Both the position numbers and the translations under genes were made by a program. A DNA stretch of 64,000 nt, taken from NCBI GenBank assembly GCA_021202925.1, contig JAJQCD010000010.1:3932-67931 (forward strand), in the 5' to 3' direction. The stretch comes from Clostridiales bacterium. Lineage in GTDB: Bacteria; Bacillota; Clostridia; Lachnospirales; Lachnospiraceae. Below, piece by piece: positions 59,241 through 64,000 of the stretch (positions are counted from its first letter, which is position 1; the number at the start of each line of letters is the position of its first letter). Below the pieces are notes generated by a model. That model searched no databases, was not told the DNA's origin, and saw only the letters and a list, made by a program, of their open reading frames with translations.

Positions 59241-60626
59241 ATGGATATCTTAAAAAAAGTTCCTGTCAGGGAGCAGGACGCGAAGGTACGCGCGACAAAT
59301 TTTGAGGAAGTATGTTACGGATACAATCAGGAGGAAGCGGTAGAGGAGGCGACCCGCTGCCTGAAGTGCAAGAAGGCCCGTTGTGTCGGCGGCTGCCCGG
59401 TCTCCATTGATATTCCACGTTTCATTCAGCATGTGCAGAATGGCGAGTTTGAGGAAGCGGCAAACGTCATCGCCGAGTCTTCGGCACTGCCGGCTGTCTG
59501 TGGCCGGGTGTGCCCGCAGGAGAGTCAGTGCGAGGGGCAGTGTGTGCGTGGTGTGAAGGGAGAGCCAATCTCCATCGGCAAGCTGGAGCGTTTCGTGGCA
59601 GACTGGTCGCGAGAGCATGGTTTCGTTCCCAAATCCGCAGAGGAAAAGAATGGCAGAAAGGTTGCCATCGTCGGTTCCGGCCCATCTGGCCTGACCTGCG
59701 CCGGTGACCTGGCGAAGCTTGGCTATGATGTGACGATTTTTGAGGCGTTGCACGAGCCGGGCGGCGTGCTCACCTATGGGATTCCGGAATTCCGTCTGCC
59801 GAAGGAAAAGGTGGTACGCGCGGAGATCGAAAATGTAAAGAAACTGGGCGTAAAGATCGAGACGGACGTGATCATCGGCAAGATGGTGACCATCGATGAG
59901 CTGATGGATGAGGAGGGCTTTGAGGCTGTCTTTATCGGTTCCGGCGCGGGACTGCCCAAGTTCATGGGGATTCCGGGAGAGAACGCGAACGGTGTATTCT
60001 CAGCGAATGAATATCTGACCCGCTCGAATCTGATGAAGGCGTTCCGTGACGACTACGATACGCCGATTGCTGCCGGGAAGAAGGTTGCCGTCGTCGGAGG
60101 CGGCAACGTGGCGATGGATGCGGCGAGGACCGCTCTGCGTCTGGGTGCCGAGGTGCATGTCGTCTATCGCCGGAGCGAGGCAGAGCTTCCGGCCCGTGTG
60201 GAGGAGGTTCACCACGCGAAGGAAGAGGGCGTTATCTTTAACCTGCTGACGAATCCGGTAGAGATTCTGACAGATGAGAACGACTGGGTGAAAGGAATCC
60301 GGGTCATCCGCATGGAACTGGGAGAGCCGGACGCGTCCGGGAGAAGGAGACCGGTCGAGATTCCGGGTTCCGAGTTTGTCATGGATGTCGACACGGTAAT
60401 TATGTCTCTTGGAACATCGCCCAACCCGTTGATTTCGAATACGACGGAGGGCCTGGAGATCAACCGCAGAAAATGCATTGTCGCCAGGGCGGAGAATGGC
60501 CAGACGACGAGAGAAGGCGTTTTTGCCGGCGGCGATGCCGTGACCGGCGCGGCAACTGTGATTCTGGCCATGGAAGCCGGAAAGCACGGCGCAAAGGGAA
60601 TCCATGAATATCTGAGTCAGAAATAA
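59241..60626 (+). CDS. nfnB: NfnB/SudA (GltD-like) NADPH oxidoreductase
   Basis: RCLKC...CVGGCP, VCGRVCPQESQCE, GSGPSG, GGGNVAMD, YRRS. Confidence 0.9.
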   Translation: MDILKKVPVREQDAKVRATNFEEVCYGYNQEEAVEEATRCLKCKKARCVGGCPVSIDIPRFIQHVQNGEFEEAANVIAESSALPAVCGRVCPQESQCEGQCVRGVKGEPISIGKLERFVADWSREHGFVPKSAEEKNGRKVAIVGSGPSGLTCAGDLAKLGYDVTIFEALHEPGGVLTYGIPEFRLPKEKVVRAEIENVKKLGVKIETDVIIGKMVTIDELMDEEGFEAVFIGSGAGLPKFMGIPGENANGVFSANEYLTRSNLMKAFRDDYDTPIAAGKKVAVVGGGNVAMDAARTALRLGAEVHVVYRRSEAELPARVEEVHHAKEEGVIFNLLTNPVEILTDENDWVKGIRVIRMELGEPDASGRRRPVEIPGSEFVMDVDTVIMSLGTSPNPLISNTTEGLEINRRKCIVARAENGQTTREGVFAGGDAVTGAATVILAMEAGKHGAKGIHEYLSQK

Positions 60627-60723
60627 GAGTGGAAAAGCAGAACGCCTGCCTTGCCAGAAGACAGGGGTTCTGCTTTTTGAAAAATTGCGCAAGACTGAAA
60701 TGACTGGAAAGAAGGAAGTGCCG

Positions 60724-62856
60724 ATGAGCAGCTACGATCAGAGAATTACCCTGGACGTCCCGGTGACGATTGTTCCGATGGGCGAGTCCGGCGGATATCA
60801 GGTGAGACCAGGTTTGTTTGACATGAATGGGACGATGGCCGTCCAGTGCGGCGTGAACTTTACAATCCATACACATGGGGGAACATCCTGCGAACTTCTT
60901 CTGTTCCATGCGGGCGAGGAGGAACCTTATGCGGTGCTTCCGTTTCCGAAGGAGTACCGGATCGGAGACGTTTATTCGATGATCGTTTTCGGTGTGGATG
61001 CGGAGAAGATCGAATACGCTTACCGAGTGGATGGTCCTTACAATCCCAAAAAGGGATTGCTGTTTGATAAGAAAAAGATTCTGCTGGACCCGTACGCGAA
61101 GGCCGTGAGAGGCAAGGGCGCCTGGGGACAGAAAAAGCACCGGACTTACCATGGACGAGTTGTGAATGATACGTTTGACTGGGGGACGATGCCGCAGTCC
61201 AGACGCGAACTCAGCGACCTGATTATCTATGAGCTCCATGTCCGGGGCTATACGCAGGATCCGTCGTCCGGGGTGAAAAACCGTGGAACCTTTGCCGGAC
61301 TGCGCGAAAAGATTCCGTATCTGAAGGAACTGGGGATCAACGCAGTGGAACTGATGCCGATTTTCGAATTTGACGAGACGCTGAACGCGAGGACGGTAAA
61401 CGGCAAAGAACTTCTGGAGTACTGGGGCTACAACACCGTCGGTTTTTTTGCGCCGAATGGCAGTTATTCTTCCGACTCTGCGCCCGGGCACGAGGGAGTG
61501 GAACTGAAGGAGCTGATCCGCGATCTGCATGAAAATGGCATTGAGGTGATCCTGGATGTGGTCTTCAATCACACGGCAGAGGGCAATGAGAAAGGGGCGC
61601 ATTTCAGTTTCAAGGGGCTGGACAATCAGATTTATTATATGCTGACCCCGGATGGAAATTATTACAATTTCAGCGGCTGCGGCAACACGCTTAACTGTAA
61701 TCATCCGACGGTGCAGAACCTGATTCTGGAATGTCTGCGCTACTGGACGGTCCGCTACCGGGTAGACGGGTTCCGTTTTGATCTGGCGAGTATCCTGGGG
61801 CGAAACGTTGACGGTTCGCCGATGAACAATCCGCCGCTCCTGCGGAGTCTGGCCTGCGACCCGATTCTGAGCAATGTCAAGCTGATTGCGGAAGCCTGGG
61901 ATGCGGGCGGCATGTACCAGGTAGGACGGTTTCCGGCGAGCAGAAGATGGGCGGAGTGGAATGGACGTTATCGTGATACGGTGCGCGGTTTCCTGAAGGG
62001 AGACAACTGGGAATCCTGGAATGCGGCCTGGAGTATCTGCGGTTCGAGCGATCTGTATGGCTATTATTACGAGGATGCGTCTGGTGAATACGCAGGGTAT
62101 AATTCATGCGTCAATTTCCTGACCTGCCACGATGGATTTACGTTGTATGACCTCTATGCTTACAATGAAAAACACAACGAAGCAAATGGATGGAACAATA
62201 CGGATGGCGTGAGTGATAACCGCAGCTGGAATTGTGGCGCAGAGGGCGAGACGGATGACCCGGAGGTGAACAAACTGCGGATGCGGATGATCCGCAATGC
62301 CTGCGCGGTGCTTCTCTGCAGTCGCGGGACGCCGATGTTTTTCATGGGAGACGAGTTTGGCAACACGAAATTCGGCAACAACAACAGCTACTGTCAGGAC
62401 AATGAGGTTTCCTGGGTGGACTGGACGCTTCTGGACAAGAACCGGGATCTGTTTGAATTCTTCAAATATATGATTCGTTTCCGCCAGGAGCACCCGATTA
62501 TCTGCAAGAAGCTGCCGGATGCGGTGCGTGGGATGAATGGCCTCCACGCACATGATGTGAATCCTTCGATACTGGACCTGCCGCCGGACACCAGGACATT
62601 CTCGATCAGCTTTGCCGGCTACGACACCGTCAAGGGGCGTGACGATATGGTCTATCTGTCGATCAACACCTATTGGGAGGATGTGGAGATCGGCCTTCCG
62701 AATATCCGGGGCATGGGCTTCTGGTATCTGAATGTGAATACCTATGGGGACTGGCGCGGGAAATACTGTTACGAGGAGAAAGAGGCGATCCGGATTGACG
62801 GAAGTTTTGTGATGAAGCCAAGATCGGTAGCGATTTTTACCTATCGGGAACACTGA
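60724..62856 (+). CDS. glgX: Glycogen debranching enzyme (isoamylase, GH13)
   Basis: YWGYNT, DVVFNHT, GFRFDLAS, IAEAWD, TCHDGFT. Confidence 0.92.
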   Translation: MSSYDQRITLDVPVTIVPMGESGGYQVRPGLFDMNGTMAVQCGVNFTIHTHGGTSCELLLFHAGEEEPYAVLPFPKEYRIGDVYSMIVFGVDAEKIEYAYRVDGPYNPKKGLLFDKKKILLDPYAKAVRGKGAWGQKKHRTYHGRVVNDTFDWGTMPQSRRELSDLIIYELHVRGYTQDPSSGVKNRGTFAGLREKIPYLKELGINAVELMPIFEFDETLNARTVNGKELLEYWGYNTVGFFAPNGSYSSDSAPGHEGVELKELIRDLHENGIEVILDVVFNHTAEGNEKGAHFSFKGLDNQIYYMLTPDGNYYNFSGCGNTLNCNHPTVQNLILECLRYWTVRYRVDGFRFDLASILGRNVDGSPMNNPPLLRSLACDPILSNVKLIAEAWDAGGMYQVGRFPASRRWAEWNGRYRDTVRGFLKGDNWESWNAAWSICGSSDLYGYYYEDASGEYAGYNSCVNFLTCHDGFTLYDLYAYNEKHNEANGWNNTDGVSDNRSWNCGAEGETDDPEVNKLRMRMIRNACAVLLCSRGTPMFFMGDEFGNTKFGNNNSYCQDNEVSWVDWTLLDKNRDLFEFFKYMIRFRQEHPIICKKLPDAVRGMNGLHAHDVNPSILDLPPDTRTFSISFAGYDTVKGRDDMVYLSINTYWEDVEIGLPNIRGMGFWYLNVNTYGDWRGKYCYEEKEAIRIDGSFVMKPRSVAIFTYREH

Positions 62857-62960
62857 ACAGAATAACACGAAAAACAGGGATCGAGCCCCGTATCGGCAGA
62901 TTGTCGATGCGGGGCTCGGTTGATAAGAATATAACAGAGATCATACTACAATGAAGTTAC

Positions 62961-64000
62961 TCAGACGGTCTTTCTCTTCGGAATGTATACCGGGAAGTCC
63001 TTGTCGCCTTTCAGTTCCTTGCCGGCGGAAATGGTCACATCCTTGTCTGTGATCACATATTCGAGTTCAGCGCCTGCTTCGACAACCGTATCCTGCATCA
63101 GGACACAGTTCGAAACCTTGGCACCCTTGCAGATCTTTACGCCACGGAACAGAATGCTGTTCTCGACGTCGCCTTCGATCACGCAGCCGTCAGCGGCCAT
63201 GATATTCTTCGCAGAAGCGCCGTTGATATAGCGGGTCGGGTTGTCATCACGAATCTTGGTGTAAATCGGATTCGGGCTGAACAGCGCGTCCAGATTCACA
63301 TCATCAAGCAGCTTCATGTTCTCGTCGAAGTAGCTCTTCGTGTCCGTGATCCGGGCCACATATCCGTCATACTTATAGCCCTGGATATTCAGCTTATTCA
63401 GCTGCGGAGTCAAAATATCGCGCTCAAAGAAACGGAATCCACGTACAAACGCAGTCGAAATCTGATCGATCAGCAGTTCGCGATCCATGATATAAATGTT
63501 CATACCAAAGTTCTGGATGCCGGCCTCCTTGGAATTGATATAAATGTTCTTTACACGGGAGTCGTCCAGGTCAAGCGTGTAATACAGAACATTGCTGACA
63601 GCCGGAGCAGTCAGCAGACCCTCCGGTATCGGAGCTGCCTGATACGCGATGGTCACATCTGCACCGCTTTCGGTGTGCGCATTGATGAATGCCTTGAAGT
63701 CGAAGTTGACAGCAAGGTTGGCGTCGGAAAGGATGACATATTTCTCTTTCTGATTCTTCAGGAAGGGGAGAATATTGGCCAGAGCCTCGATGCGTCCGTT
63801 GTAAACAGAGACATTCTTGTCCGAGTATGGCGGAATGATGTTCAGGCCGCCCGACTTGCGGACCAGATCCCACTCACGGCCGGATCCGAGATGATCCATC
63901 AGGGAGTGATAATTCTGACGGACAACGAGGGAAATGTTGTCAATCCCATTGTTTGCCAGGCTGGAAATGATGAAATCCACCAGGCGGTAACGGCTGGCGA
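62961..64000 (-). CDS. glgD: Glucose-1-phosphate adenylyltransferase subunit GlgD (5' end outside window)
   Basis: RYRLVDFIISSLAN, DHLGSGREWDL, ADGCVIEGDVENSILFRGV; frame open to the window edge. Confidence 0.93.
   Translation of the reverse strand, partial: ASRYRLVDFIISSLANNGIDNISLVVRQNYHSLMDHLGSGREWDLVRKSGGLNIIPPYSDKNVSVYNGRIEALANILPFLKNQKEKYVILSDANLAVNFDFKAFINAHTESGADVTIAYQAAPIPEGLLTAPAVSNVLYYTLDLDDSRVKNIYINSKEAGIQNFGMNIYIMDRELLIDQISTAFVRGFRFFERDILTPQLNKLNIQGYKYDGYVARITDTKSYFDENMKLLDDVNLDALFSPNPIYTKIRDDNPTRYINGASAKNIMAADGCVIEGDVENSILFRGVKICKGAKVSNCVLMQDTVVEAGAELEYVITDKDVTISAGKELKGDKDFPVYIPKRKTV

Noticed and set aside
1-64000. CRISPR array or cas genes
   Set aside because: No regularly spaced repeat-spacer pattern or Cas motifs seen.

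Overview
64 kb from a GC-rich Clostridia chromosome, probably Lachnospiraceae-like (inferred from gene content and protein style). (1) Bases 1 to about 14,490 are the right part of a lower-GC integrative element whose left end is outside the window. It carries DUF932, RadC/JAB, YqaJ exonuclease, a Rad52/Sak-like annealase, DUF5688, a serine recombinase bracketed by ~95-bp inverted repeats, a divergent 482-aa orphan, a DUF927/Cch-like AAA+ helicase, xis and a tyrosine integrase. (2) About 14,490-17,735 is a mosaic of remnants: an MNT-HEPN pair, a 210-bp direct repeat, a phage tail-chaperone fragment, a truncated PBECR4 gene, IS200 tnpA and a candidate ~175-nt sRNA. (3) The rest is mostly core genome: livKHMGF, a tannase-like esterase, a decayed islet at tRNA-Pro(GGG), TRAP/AraC/GH105, aminopeptidase P, rlmD, ECF S-component, SSS transporter, hslO, pyrG, ftsH, addBA, cysE, a frameshifted MATE, a ThyX-like protein, nfnAB, glgX and partial glgD. 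The best candidate for an undescribed system is a ~220-nt, ORF-less, group IIC intron-derived RNA (12,698-12,917) in the xis-int leader. It lacks the EBS domain and a canonical catalytic domain V, and its domain VI-like stem competes with an 8-bp hairpin that would block the xis ribosome-binding site. All family assignments are by eye from motifs; no database searches were run.
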